Shown: positions 49,021 to 57,705, counted from the first letter of the stretch. The stretch is DNA of 62,935 nucleotides from an uncultured Veillonellaceae bacterium (GCA_902766015.1 CACXCC010000034.1:1-62935), one strand, 5' to 3'. Program-made: numbers and translations. The notes: generated by a model not told the origin, from the sequence alone.

Positions 49021-49057
49021 AAACCGCCCGGTGTTGAAAACCGGGCGGTTATTTTTG
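49021..49057. terminator. bidirectional terminator between convergent ftsW-like and ygbA-like genes
   Basis: AAAACCGCCCGGT-gttgaaa-ACCGGGCGGTTATTTTT, with an A-run and a T-run on either side. Confidence 0.8.
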
Positions 49058-49063
49058 TGCAGC

Positions 49064-49519
49064 TTATTTCTTTTCTTTGCGGGCTTTGGCGCGTTCTTTC
49101 GAAGCTTTTTCCTTCGCTTTTACGCGGTCATCGATCTTTTTCTGCTGCTGATACTTCGCATAATCGACACCCATGCTTGCGAGTTTGTGCTTGACGGCCA
49201 TTTTCGGATGACGCAGGAGCATGCCTTTTTTCGACGACTCCATGATCTGCATGAACTGCTGCGTCTGATGTGCGCCGAAGCAGGGGCGGTCGCAACGATC
49301 GCAGATCGGTTTCGTGATGCCGTACGGGCAACGGTTGATCTTCGTAAAGACCGTGGCGAGAAGTGCCTGGCACTGCGGGCAGAGCTGGTTTCCCGACGTA
49401 TTGTGATGTTTGTGGCAGTAGACCGCGAAGGTTTTGCGGATATTCTCCTTCTCCTTCGGAATATTGTTTTTAATTTCCACCGGTTTCTTTTTCGGCAGGA
49501 ACCGTGAAAAGATACTCAT
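49064..49519 (-). CDS. nitrous-oxide-stimulated-promoter (YgbA_NO) family protein
   Basis: ATG 49519 after an AAGGGTGA RBS. Cys/His pattern 'YCHKHH..LCPQC...CPYG..KPICDRCDRPCF' and a basic C-terminal tail. Confidence 0.65.
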   Translation of the reverse strand: MSIFSRFLPKKKPVEIKNNIPKEKENIRKTFAVYCHKHHNTSGNQLCPQCQALLATVFTKINRCPYGITKPICDRCDRPCFGAHQTQQFMQIMESSKKGMLLRHPKMAVKHKLASMGVDYAKYQQQKKIDDRVKAKEKASKERAKARKEKK

Positions 49520-49561
49520 AAAAATCACCCTTTGTATTGTATAGAAAATAATTCATCTTAT

Positions 49562-49590
49562 ATTTTACCGGTATTTACGCGGAAAAGCAA
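49562..49590 (-). promoter_or_regulatory. candidate sigma-70 promoter of the ygbA-like gene
   Basis: Minus strand: TTGCTT, 17 nt, then TAAAAT. It is followed by AAGATGAATTA (plus 49549-49559), which resembles an NsrR half-site. Confidence 0.4.
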
Positions 49591-49636
49591 GGGCAGAGAA
49601 GAGGCGCTGACGCAGAGACGGTGCATTGACGTCAAG

Positions 49637-49744
49637 TTATCCACAGATATAGGGTGTTTTCCTGTGTTTTCTGTGGATAAGTTTACCTAAAATCACCAGG
49701 TTATCCACTTTTTTATCCACAAAAGCCCTTTTTCCTGTGGATAA
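49637..49744. promoter_or_regulatory. cluster of five DnaA boxes
   Basis: TTATCCACA at 49637-45 (+). TGTGGATAA at 49672-80 (-). TTATCCACT at 49701-09 (+, one mismatch). TTATCCACA at 49713-21 (+). TGTGGATAA at 49736-44 (-). All lie within 108 bp of the ygbA / decarboxylase-tmk intergenic region. Confidence 0.8.
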
Positions 49745-49752
49745 CGAAAGGT

Positions 49753-49781
49753 TTGCGCTTCTGCGGCGAATGGCGTAAAAT
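49753..49781 (+). promoter_or_regulatory. candidate sigma-70 promoter of the decarboxylase-tmk-rnmV-rsmA operon
   Basis: TTGCGC, 17 nt, then TAAAAT. It starts 9 bp downstream of the last DnaA box. Confidence 0.4.
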
Positions 49782-49840
49782 GACAGAGTCAGGCTATTCT
49801 GACGCCGTCGAAGGAATGATAACTTAATCTGGGAGGATTT

Positions 49841-51328
49841 TTGATTTTGACACAAAAACAGCTCAGGGCACCGATCGCCGAAGCTATGAAAAACTACGCG
49901 AATGACGGCGCTCTTGCCTTTCATACGCCGGGACACAAACAGGGCCTCGGCGCGCATCCGCTTTTAAAGCGGCTCATCACAAAAGAAGGCCTGCGCGAAG
50001 AAGTCTCCCTCATGGAAGAACTCGACGACCTGCACGAACCCGAAGGATGCATCCGTGACGCACAAACGCTTGCGGCGGAACTTTACGGCGCCGATCACGC
50101 GTATTTCGTCATCAACGGTACAACCGGTGCGAATCACGCCATGCTCATGGGAACGGTCAAACCCGGAGATACCGTACTTTTACCGCGTAACGCGCATCGT
50201 TCCCTGACGGGAGCGCTTATACTTGCGGACGCGCGTCCCGTTTTCCTGCAGCCGGAAATCTCCGAGCGTTTCGGCATCGCCATGGGCGTGACACTCGAAA
50301 CCGTTAAGAAAGCCGTCAAACAGCATCCCGAAGCACGCGCACTCATTCTCGTCTATCCGACGTATTACGGCGTGACGTTTGACCTCAAAGCGATTGCCGA
50401 TTTCGTCCATGCGCACAATATGCTCCTGCTCGTCGATGAGGCACACGGTCCTCATCTGCGGTTCAGTGAAGAACTGCCGCTGCAGGCAATTGACGCGGGC
50501 GCTGACGCGGCGGCGCAGAGTACACATAAAATCATCGGCTCGATGACGCAGACCTCGATGCTTCTCACGAAGGGACCGCGCATTGACGCGGAGCGTATGC
50601 GTCAGGCCGTCAGTCTCCTGCAGTCGACGAGTCCGAACCAGCTGCTTTTAGCTTCACTTGATATCGCGCGTCTGCAGATGGCGGAAGACGGAGAACGTCT
50701 CGTCGGACGTGCCGTACGGCTTGCCGAGGAACTGCGCGGGAAAATCAACGCGATTCCGGGACTCTATTGCTTCGGACGCCGCGATATGACGACGCCGGGC
50801 GCGTCGGGACTTGACGTCACAAAGCTTACGGTAAACGTACAGGGACTCGGCATGAGCGGTCGCGAAGCCGAGCATATTCTACGTTATGAGGAATACATCG
50901 AATGCGAGCTTTCCGATGCGTACAACGTGCTCTTTATCATCTCGTACGCGGATACGGAGCGCGAGGCGGAGAAACTGCTCACGGCGCTTCGTCATCTTGC
51001 GGTGCATCGCCGTAACGGTTCCGCCTTTCACGTCACGCGTGCGCTTCCGCCCGTCCCGCGTCAGGTTTTGACACCGCGCGAAGCGTTTTTCGACGATGTC
51101 GAACGCGTACCGTTTGACGCGTCAGACGGGCGCATCGCGGCCGAACAGGTCATGTTTTATCCGCCGGGAATCCCGCTTCTCGTGCCGGGAGACCGCATCG
51201 ATACCGTGACACTCGCCTATATCCGCGAACAGCAGCAGCTCGGACTTAAAGTCACGGGCCCCGAAGATCCGCAGCTGCGGACGATCAAAGTCATCCGGGA
51301 AAATACGAAAGGAGTCAGGCATGAATAA
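49841..51328 (+). CDS. Orn/Lys/Arg decarboxylase family PLP enzyme (B. subtilis YaaO/SpeA-like)
   Basis: 495 aa. 'FHTPGHKQG' and the PLP-lysine context 'AQSTHKIIGSMTQTSML'. TTG start (49841 or 49847). Confidence 0.85.
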   Translation: MILTQKQLRAPIAEAMKNYANDGALAFHTPGHKQGLGAHPLLKRLITKEGLREEVSLMEELDDLHEPEGCIRDAQTLAAELYGADHAYFVINGTTGANHAMLMGTVKPGDTVLLPRNAHRSLTGALILADARPVFLQPEISERFGIAMGVTLETVKKAVKQHPEARALILVYPTYYGVTFDLKAIADFVHAHNMLLLVDEAHGPHLRFSEELPLQAIDAGADAAAQSTHKIIGSMTQTSMLLTKGPRIDAERMRQAVSLLQSTSPNQLLLASLDIARLQMAEDGERLVGRAVRLAEELRGKINAIPGLYCFGRRDMTTPGASGLDVTKLTVNVQGLGMSGREAEHILRYEEYIECELSDAYNVLFIISYADTEREAEKLLTALRHLAVHRRNGSAFHVTRALPPVPRQVLTPREAFFDDVERVPFDASDGRIAAEQVMFYPPGIPLLVPGDRIDTVTLAYIREQQQLGLKVTGPEDPQLRTIKVIRENTKGVRHE

Positions 51329-52010
51329 AGGCATTCTCATTACGCTCGAAGCCGGAGACGGATCGGGAAAGGCGACGCAGACGCATCTTCTCGCAGAGCA
51401 CTTACAGCGGGAAGGGCACCGCGTTCATCTCGTTTCGTTCCCGGATTATGCGGCTGACGCGTCCGTTCCCGTGCGTATGTATCTGCGCGGCGATTTCGGC
51501 ACGCATCCGGGTGACGTCAACGCCTATGCGGCTTCGACGTTTTTTGCCGTCGACCGTTTCGCGTCCTATCGGATGAAGTGGCAGAAATACTACGAACAGG
51601 GCGATATCATCATCGCCGACCGTTATACGACGTCAAATATGGTCCATCAGGCCGTCAAACTCCCCGATACCGCGGAGCGCAATGCATTTCTCGACTGGCT
51701 TTGGGATTTCGAATTTACCAAGCTCGGCCTGCCCGTGCCCGATCTCGTGTTATTTCTTGACATGGAACCGGGAGCCGCCGACAAACTCATCGCCGCGCGC
51801 GCCGAAGCCGCCGGGACGAAAAAAGACATTCACGAGCGCGATCCGGAGTATCTGCATCGGTGCCATGCGGCGTACAAAGAACTCACGGATCGTTACGGCT
51901 GGAAACGCATCATCTGCAGCCGGGACGGTGAGCCGCTTCCGATTGACACGATCGCAGAACGTGTTTATGCGGCCGTCGAGCCCGTTTGGAAAGGAAAAAG
52001 CATTGATTAA
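51321..52010 (+). CDS. tmk: dTMP (thymidylate) kinase
   Basis: 229 aa. P-loop 'LEAGDGSGKATQ' and 'ADRYTTSNMVHQ'. 8-nt overlap with the upstream gene. Confidence 0.88.
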   Translation: MNKGILITLEAGDGSGKATQTHLLAEHLQREGHRVHLVSFPDYAADASVPVRMYLRGDFGTHPGDVNAYAASTFFAVDRFASYRMKWQKYYEQGDIIIADRYTTSNMVHQAVKLPDTAERNAFLDWLWDFEFTKLGLPVPDLVLFLDMEPGAADKLIAARAEAAGTKKDIHERDPEYLHRCHAAYKELTDRYGWKRIICSRDGEPLPIDTIAERVYAAVEPVWKGKSID

Positions 52011-52572
52011 AGAAGTTCTCGTCGTCGAGGGCAAGATGGATGTCGTCGCGATCCGCAAGGCCGTGGACGCCGACTGCATCATTACGGAGGGATTCAACCT
52101 CAAACCGCAGGCTCTTGACAGCATCAAACAGGCCTATAAAAAGCGGGGGATCATCATCATGACGGACCCCGATTCCGCCGGTGAACGCATCCGTTCGTAT
52201 CTTGCCCGCCGGTTTCCTAATGCAAAACATGCGTTCGTACCGGTCGAGGACGCGACGGATAATGACGATATCGGCATCGAACAGGCCAAGCCGCCCGCAA
52301 TCCGCGCCGCACTCGAAAAAGTCCGCACGCTTCATTGGGAACCGTCCGGGGAATTTTCGGGCGCCGATCTCATCCGCACGCGGCTTTCCGGAGGACGCGA
52401 TGCATCGGCACGCCGTGCAAAGGCGGGGAAAATTCTCGGAATCGGCTGGGCAAATGCCAAGACATTTTTAAAGCGTCTCAACCATTACGGCGTGACGCGT
52501 CAGGAATTTGACGCGGCCGTAGCGATGATTGACGCGAAAGAGGAACAGGGGAAAGGAACCGCGCATGAATAA
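52003..52572 (+). CDS. rnmV: ribonuclease M5 (Toprim domain)
   Basis: TTG 52003 overlaps the tmk stop. Motifs 'VLVVEGKMDVVAI', 'IIMTDPDSAGERIR'. The upstream part of ORF 51682 overlaps tmk and is not coding. Confidence 0.85.
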   Translation: MIKEVLVVEGKMDVVAIRKAVDADCIITEGFNLKPQALDSIKQAYKKRGIIIMTDPDSAGERIRSYLARRFPNAKHAFVPVEDATDNDDIGIEQAKPPAIRAALEKVRTLHWEPSGEFSGADLIRTRLSGGRDASARRAKAGKILGIGWANAKTFLKRLNHYGVTRQEFDAAVAMIDAKEEQGKGTAHE

Positions 52573-53437
52573 CGAAGACAAAGACATCCTGCATCCCGTC
52601 ATCGCGAATCGCGCCGTGACGATGCATATTTTAAAGGCTTTCGGCCTGCATACGAGTAAAAAACTCGGCCAGAATTTCCTTATCGATCCCGCGATCGTGA
52701 GCGGCATCGTCGAGGCGGCTGACGTCAAAGCGGGAGACCGGGTCCTCGAAATCGGCCCGGGAATCGGCACATTGACGCAGGGACTCGCCGAAACAGGCGC
52801 TGACGTTACGGCCGTCGAACTGGACAAGAAACTTCCGGCTGTCCTCGCCGAGACGCTCAAGGGTTACGACAACGTCCGCATCGTTCCGGGCGATATTTTA
52901 AAAGTCAATATCCCGGAAATTATGGGACCGGGGGCGTTCAAAGTCGCGGCAAATCTGCCGTATTATATTACAACGCCGATCCTCATGGCGCTTCTCGAGC
53001 AGCATCTCCCGATCACGGAACTCGTGACGATGGTGCAGAAAGAAGTTGCCGAACGCATGACGGCAACGCCGGGCAAGCGGATTTACGGTGCGCTTTCTGT
53101 TGCCGTTCAGTATTACACGGAACCGGAAATCGTTCTCGACGTACCGCCGCGCTCGTTCATTCCGGCGCCGGAAGTTGACAGTGTCGTCATCGCCTGCCAT
53201 GTCCGTCCGGAACCCGCCGTCAAAGTCAAAGACGAAAAACTGTTTTTCCGCGTTGTCAAAGCCGCATTCGGCCAACGCCGCAAAACGCTCATGAACGCGA
53301 TGCGCGGCGCCGGATTCGCGAAAGAAGAAGTGCGTGACGCCATGGAGCGTTCCGGCATTGACCCGACGCGGCGCGGCGAAACGTTGACGCTGGAGGAGTT
53401 TGCTGCTCTCGCCGACGCATTTGTTGTCAATAAATGA
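52565..53437 (+). CDS. rsmA: 16S rRNA (adenine1518/1519-N6)-dimethyltransferase
   Basis: ATG 52565. Motifs 'LGQNFLIDP', 'VLEIGPGIGTLT' and 'ANLPYYITTPI'. Confidence 0.93.
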   Translation: MNNEDKDILHPVIANRAVTMHILKAFGLHTSKKLGQNFLIDPAIVSGIVEAADVKAGDRVLEIGPGIGTLTQGLAETGADVTAVELDKKLPAVLAETLKGYDNVRIVPGDILKVNIPEIMGPGAFKVAANLPYYITTPILMALLEQHLPITELVTMVQKEVAERMTATPGKRIYGALSVAVQYYTEPEIVLDVPPRSFIPAPEVDSVVIACHVRPEPAVKVKDEKLFFRVVKAAFGQRRKTLMNAMRGAGFAKEEVRDAMERSGIDPTRRGETLTLEEFAALADAFVVNK

Positions 53438-53447
53438 CAGATAACGG

Positions 53448-53476
53448 TTGCCCCTATATGAAAAAAGTTATACAAT
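53448..53476 (+). promoter_or_regulatory. candidate promoter of nhaC
   Basis: TTGCCC, 17 nt, then TACAAT. Confidence 0.4.
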
Positions 53477-53524
53477 AAAGGATATATTGCTATATTTATC
53501 ATAAAGAAAGTGGGTAGGTAAGAG

Positions 53525-55045
53525 ATGACTGCAACAGCCTGGTCAATTCTGCCGCCGATAATCACGATCGTATTGGCTCTCTGGACAAAAGAAGTCTATA
53601 TGTCACTGATCATCGGTATCTTTTCGGGAGCATTGCTGTTTTCGGGCGGCAATTTCCTGGAGGCAATCTTAACCGTGTTCGGCGTCATGTCCGACAAAGT
53701 CGGCGATAACGTCAACATTCTCGTTTTCCTCGTTATCCTCGGTATTCTCGTTGCCGCGATTACGCGCAGCGGTGCGACGCGCGCTTACGGAGAGTGGGCG
53801 TTCCGCGTTATTCACGGCAAGAAAAGTGCGTCGATCCTGACGATGCTCCTCGGTGTCGTCATCTTTATCGACGACTATTTCAACTGCCTGACGGTCGGTA
53901 CGGTCATGCGTCCGATTACGGATAAATTCCGCATCACGCGTACGCAGCTCGCGTATATTATTGACGCGACGGCTGCACCGGTCTGCATTATCGCGCCGGT
54001 TTCCAGTTGGGCGGCCGCGGTCAGTTCCTCGCTGCCGGAAGACAGTTCGATCGACGGTTTCGCGCTTTTCCTGCAGACGATTCCGTTCAACCTTTACGCG
54101 CTTCTTACGATCGCGTTCATGATCTTTTTGATTCTTTCGGGCCGTGATTTCGGCGCGATGAAACGCTCGGTTCTGGAAAACAAGGAGCATTTCTTCATCC
54201 CGGCCGAATACCGCGAGGCTGATGAAGAAGTCAAACAGGGTGACGGCAAAGGAAAGATCATCGACCTCATTCTGCCGCTCATCGTTCTCATCGCCGCCTG
54301 CGTTTACGGCATGCTTTATACGGGAGGCATTCACGAAGGCCGTTCGATCGCCGATGCGTTCGCGAACTGCGATTCGTCACAGTCCCTCGTACTCGGCTCG
54401 TTCATCGCGTTTGTCTTTACGGGGCTTCTCTATCTGCCGCGCCGCGTCATTTCGTATTCGGCGTTCTGCGAATGCTTTGTCAAAGGCTTCAAAACGATGG
54501 TTCCGGCTATTTTTATCCTCTGCCTTGCCTGGACGCTTTCGGGTATCTGCAGTGATAAATACCTTGACCTCGGCGGATTTGTCGGTGCCGTTGTCAGTGC
54601 GCATGCGTCGGTTATCGTTTTCCTGCCGCCGATTTTCTTCCTCGTTGCACTAGGCCTTGCGTTTGCAACGGGTACGTCGTGGGGCACGTTCGGCATTTTG
54701 ATCCCGATCGCCGTCGCCGTTGTCGGCATGAGCGATCCGAATATGCTCGTTCTTTGCGTCACGGCAATTCTTTCCGGTGCAGTCGGCGGCGACCACGCTT
54801 CGCCGATTTCCGATACGACGATTCTTGCGTCAGCCGGTGCCCAGTGTCATCATCTTGACCATGTCAACACGCAGCTTCCGTACGTTTTGACTGTCGGATC
54901 CTGCTGCCTGGTCGGTTACATTGTTGACGGTCTGACGGGAAGCGGCTGGGCCGGACTCGGCGTCAGTGCGGCCTGCCTCGCTGTTGCGATGGTTATCGTT
55001 TCGATGCGCGTACCGGATCTCGATAAAATCCCGGACAAAGATTGA
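53525..55045 (+). CDS. Na+/H+ antiporter NhaC family transporter
   Basis: 506 aa polytopic protein. Motifs 'IFIDDYFNCLTVGTVMRPITD' and 'GDHASPISDTTILAS'. Confidence 0.82.
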   Translation: MTATAWSILPPIITIVLALWTKEVYMSLIIGIFSGALLFSGGNFLEAILTVFGVMSDKVGDNVNILVFLVILGILVAAITRSGATRAYGEWAFRVIHGKKSASILTMLLGVVIFIDDYFNCLTVGTVMRPITDKFRITRTQLAYIIDATAAPVCIIAPVSSWAAAVSSSLPEDSSIDGFALFLQTIPFNLYALLTIAFMIFLILSGRDFGAMKRSVLENKEHFFIPAEYREADEEVKQGDGKGKIIDLILPLIVLIAACVYGMLYTGGIHEGRSIADAFANCDSSQSLVLGSFIAFVFTGLLYLPRRVISYSAFCECFVKGFKTMVPAIFILCLAWTLSGICSDKYLDLGGFVGAVVSAHASVIVFLPPIFFLVALGLAFATGTSWGTFGILIPIAVAVVGMSDPNMLVLCVTAILSGAVGGDHASPISDTTILASAGAQCHHLDHVNTQLPYVLTVGSCCLVGYIVDGLTGSGWAGLGVSAACLAVAMVIVSMRVPDLDKIPDKD

Positions 55046-55059
55046 AGAAGGGAAAAACT

Positions 55060-55833
55060 ATGATTTTTGACAGTCACAGTCATACGGAGTTTTCGGCGGA
55101 TTCCGACATGAAAGCGGCGGATGCCCTCGAAGCGGCACGTCGTCAGGGAATCGGTCTCGTCTTTACGGAACATCTCGATTATCTGTTCCCCGGTGACGAG
55201 AAATTCGTTTTTGACCCGAAGGCATACTGGAAAACGTATGAACCGCTTCGCGGTGAAGATCTGCGTCTCGGTGTCGAAGTCGGCATGCGCGAAGATACCG
55301 CGGAGGACAGCCGCGCATTTGTCAAGGAAGCACCGTTTGACCTCGTTATCGGTTCGATTCACGTGCTTAACAACAAGGACCTGTATTATCCCGATTATTA
55401 TGAGGGAAAAGAAAAACAGGACGTTTACCACCGTTACTACACGGCGATGGCGGAAGAAATCCGCCGCCATGATTTCGTTGATGTACTCGGTCATATCGAC
55501 TACATCGCACGTTATGCGCCGTATGCAAATCCCGAAGTCGAATACGGTACGTTCGCGGATGACATTGACGCCGTCCTGCGCGCCGTTATCGAAACGGGAA
55601 AAGTCATGGAGCTCAATACGCGCCGTCTCGGCAGCCGCCGCGCGATGAAGGAACTCGCGCCGGTTTATACGCGCTACCGCGAACTCGGCGGTCAGTTTGT
55701 GACGCTCGGTTCCGACGCGCATAAAGCCGAGGCAATCGGCATGAATTTTGCCGCTGCGGAGGATTTCACGGACGCGTTGGGCCTCACGATTGTGACGTTT
55801 GCGGAGCGCAAGATCATTCCGCTTTCGAAATGA
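55060..55833 (+). CDS. histidinol-phosphatase, PHP family (HisJ/HisK-like)
   Basis: ATG 55060. Motifs 'DSHSHTEFSADS', 'IGSIHV', 'LGHIDY' and 'LGSDAH'. Confidence 0.8.
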   Translation: MIFDSHSHTEFSADSDMKAADALEAARRQGIGLVFTEHLDYLFPGDEKFVFDPKAYWKTYEPLRGEDLRLGVEVGMREDTAEDSRAFVKEAPFDLVIGSIHVLNNKDLYYPDYYEGKEKQDVYHRYYTAMAEEIRRHDFVDVLGHIDYIARYAPYANPEVEYGTFADDIDAVLRAVIETGKVMELNTRRLGSRRAMKELAPVYTRYRELGGQFVTLGSDAHKAEAIGMNFAAAEDFTDALGLTIVTFAERKIIPLSK

Positions 55834-55836
55834 CAC

Positions 55837-55865
55837 TTGCACGGATCACGGAAACACGATACAAT
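55837..55865 (+). promoter_or_regulatory. candidate promoter of the SCIFF precursor-maturase pair
   Basis: TTGCAC, 17 nt, then TACAAT. It ends 45 nt upstream of the precursor ATG. Confidence 0.5.
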
Positions 55866-55910
55866 AAAATAAAGTGTATGCTTTATTTTGATCGATAAGG
55901 AGGACTCGAG

Positions 55911-56048
55911 ATGAAACACATCAAGACTGTCAATAAACCGTCCCTGCAGAGCACGGTTAAAACGGGCGGCTGCGGCGAATGCCAGGCATCCTGCCAGTCC
56001 GCTTGCAAAACGTCCTGCACGGTAGGAAACCAGGTTTGCGAAAAATAA
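55911..56048 (+). CDS. SCIFF (six cysteines in forty-five residues) ranthipeptide precursor
   Basis: Not in the ORF track (45 aa). AAGGAGG RBS 7 nt upstream. It translates to MKHIKTVNKPSLQSTVKTGGCGECQASCQSACKTSCTVGNQVCEK and is followed by its radical SAM maturase. Confidence 0.85.
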   Translation: MKHIKTVNKPSLQSTVKTGGCGECQASCQSACKTSCTVGNQVCEK

Positions 56049-56060
56049 TCGCTGAGAGGG

Positions 56061-56090
56061 AGCCTTCCCGAAAGGGAGGGCTTTTTCTTT
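56061..56090 (+). terminator. hairpin plus U-tract between SCIFF precursor and maturase (probable partial terminator)
   Basis: AGCCTTCCC-gaaa-GGGAGGGCT followed by TTTTCTTT. It starts 13 nt after the precursor stop codon. Confidence 0.6.
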
Positions 56091-56122
56091 GCCATAAATA
56101 CTATTGTTGGGAGAGACAGCGA

Positions 56123-57514
56123 ATGAAAGCGAAAATCCATAAATTTGAACATAACGGGCAGTACATCCTGCTTGACGTCAACAGCGGCGCCGTGCACGTC
56201 ATCGACAAGATGATCTACGAGATGATGGACACGTTTGACGGCACGAACGACGAGAATGTTGTCGCGGCGCTCAAAGACCGTTATCCGGAAGCGGATCTCC
56301 GGGAGGCGCTCGAAGAACTCCATGAACTCATGACGATGAATCAGCTCTTTGCGCCGGATATCGACGTGCCGCCGACGTTCCGACAGACCGGCATTATTAA
56401 ATCTATTTGCCTCATGGTCGCGCAGGACTGCAATCTGCGCTGCAAATATTGTTTCGGCGACGGCGGCAGTTACGGGCAGGAACGTGCCGTGATGACGCCG
56501 GAAGTCGGATGCAAAGCGATTGACTTCCTCATCGAAAAGAGCGGCCCGCGCAAGCACTGCGAAGTTGATTTCTTCGGCGGCGAACCGCTCATGAACATGA
56601 AAACCGTCAAAGCCGTCACGGCATACGCGCGCGCCAAGGAAAAGGAAACGGGCAAGAAATTCAAGCTCACGATGACGACAAACGGCATTTTGCTCAATGA
56701 CGCAAACATCAAGTGGCTCAATGACAATGACTTCTCGCTCGTTCTGTCCCTCGACGGACGCAAAGAAGTCAATGACGCGATGCGCCCCGATGTCGGCGGA
56801 CACGGCAGTTATGACCGCATCGTGAAAAACTTCAAAAAATGCATCGCGAGCCGTAAAGGCGGCGACTGGGATTACCGCGGTGTTTACACGTATCTGCGCG
56901 GAACCTATACGCACAACAACCTGGACTTCACGAAAGACGTGCTGTCGATGCATGACGCGGGCTTTGACATTCTGTCACTTGAACCGGTCGTGCTGAAGGA
57001 CAGTCCGTACGCGATCACGGAAGAAGATCTGCCGCGCGTGCGCGAAGAATACGACCGCCTCGTTGACGCGTATATGCAGTGCCGCAAAGAAGGCAGGGGA
57101 TTCTGGTTCTTTCACTTCAATATGGATTTGTCAAACGGTCCGTGCGTTGCAAAACGTCTTTCGGGATGCGGTGCCGGACATGAATACGTCGCCGTCGCGG
57201 AAAACGGCGATCTCTATCCGTGTCATCAGTTCGTCGGCCGTGACAAATATAAACTCGGTTCAATCTTTACGGGCATCACGGACACGAAGTGGCCGCAGTA
57301 TTTCCGCGAGTCGCATGTCCTGAACAAGCCGAAATGCCGTGACTGCTGGTCCCGATTCTTCTGCTCGGGAGGATGTCATGCCAATGCCGATCTCTTCCAC
57401 GGCAACATCCGCGAACCGTACGAAATCGGCTGCGAAATCCAGAAGAAACGCCTTGAATGTGCGATCTACGTTCAGGCGATGCAGCAACTGGAAAAAGAAG
57501 AAAATAACGGATAA
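56123..57514 (+). CDS. radical SAM/SPASM thioether-forming SCIFF maturase
   Basis: ATG 56123 (the ORF-track start 55979 overlaps the precursor gene). 'DCNLRCKYCF' (CX3CX2C) and C-terminal SPASM cysteines 'GCGAGHEY..YPCH..CRDCWSRFFCSGGCHAN'. Confidence 0.9.
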   Translation: MKAKIHKFEHNGQYILLDVNSGAVHVIDKMIYEMMDTFDGTNDENVVAALKDRYPEADLREALEELHELMTMNQLFAPDIDVPPTFRQTGIIKSICLMVAQDCNLRCKYCFGDGGSYGQERAVMTPEVGCKAIDFLIEKSGPRKHCEVDFFGGEPLMNMKTVKAVTAYARAKEKETGKKFKLTMTTNGILLNDANIKWLNDNDFSLVLSLDGRKEVNDAMRPDVGGHGSYDRIVKNFKKCIASRKGGDWDYRGVYTYLRGTYTHNNLDFTKDVLSMHDAGFDILSLEPVVLKDSPYAITEEDLPRVREEYDRLVDAYMQCRKEGRGFWFFHFNMDLSNGPCVAKRLSGCGAGHEYVAVAENGDLYPCHQFVGRDKYKLGSIFTGITDTKWPQYFRESHVLNKPKCRDCWSRFFCSGGCHANADLFHGNIREPYEIGCEIQKKRLECAIYVQAMQQLEKEENNG

Positions 57515-57530
57515 TAATTTTGATTTGACG

Positions 57531-57565
57531 TCAGCCTTTCTCCGGGAAGGCTGATTTTTTTTTTG
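57531..57565 (+). terminator. intrinsic terminator after the SCIFF maturase
   Basis: TCAGCCTTTC-tccg-GGAAGGCTGA followed by T10. Confidence 0.85.
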
Positions 57566-57675
57566 TTTTGAAGCGGCGTTTTTTACCGCGATTTTGCTTA
57601 GTTTTTTCTTGTAGCAAAAATTCTGATATTAATCCCGCTTGTATGTTATTATTTGCGTCGTTTATGATAAAAGCA

Positions 57676-57705
57676 TTGACAGACGGCCTTTAAATATTGT
57701 AATAT
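57676..57705 (+). promoter_or_regulatory. candidate promoter of gap-pgk-tpiA-gpmI
   Basis: TTGACA, 18 nt, then TAATAT. Confidence 0.45.

Noticed and set aside
49637-49744. The DnaA-box cluster as the chromosomal replication origin (oriC)
   Set aside because: There is no dnaA or dnaN adjacent. There is no obvious AT-rich unwinding element and no DnaA-trio (repeated GAT/AAT-type triplets) next to the terminal boxes. The flanking AT-rich stretch is explained by the ygbA promoter. A regulatory or titration site is more likely, but this can only be settled with whole-genome skew and the dnaA position.
51682-52002. Upstream extension of the rnmV ORF (and similar extensions at 15194, 22327, 44981, 9209, 10449)
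   Set aside because: These extensions overlap the 3' ends of well-supported upstream genes in another frame and lack an RBS. Internal starts with a Shine-Dalgarno sequence and conserved N-termini were chosen instead.
55979-56122. N-terminal 48-codon extension of the maturase ORF in the ORF track
   Set aside because: It overlaps the SCIFF precursor in another frame and runs through the attenuator hairpin. The ATG at 56123 has a GGGAGAG RBS and begins the conserved maturase N-terminus.
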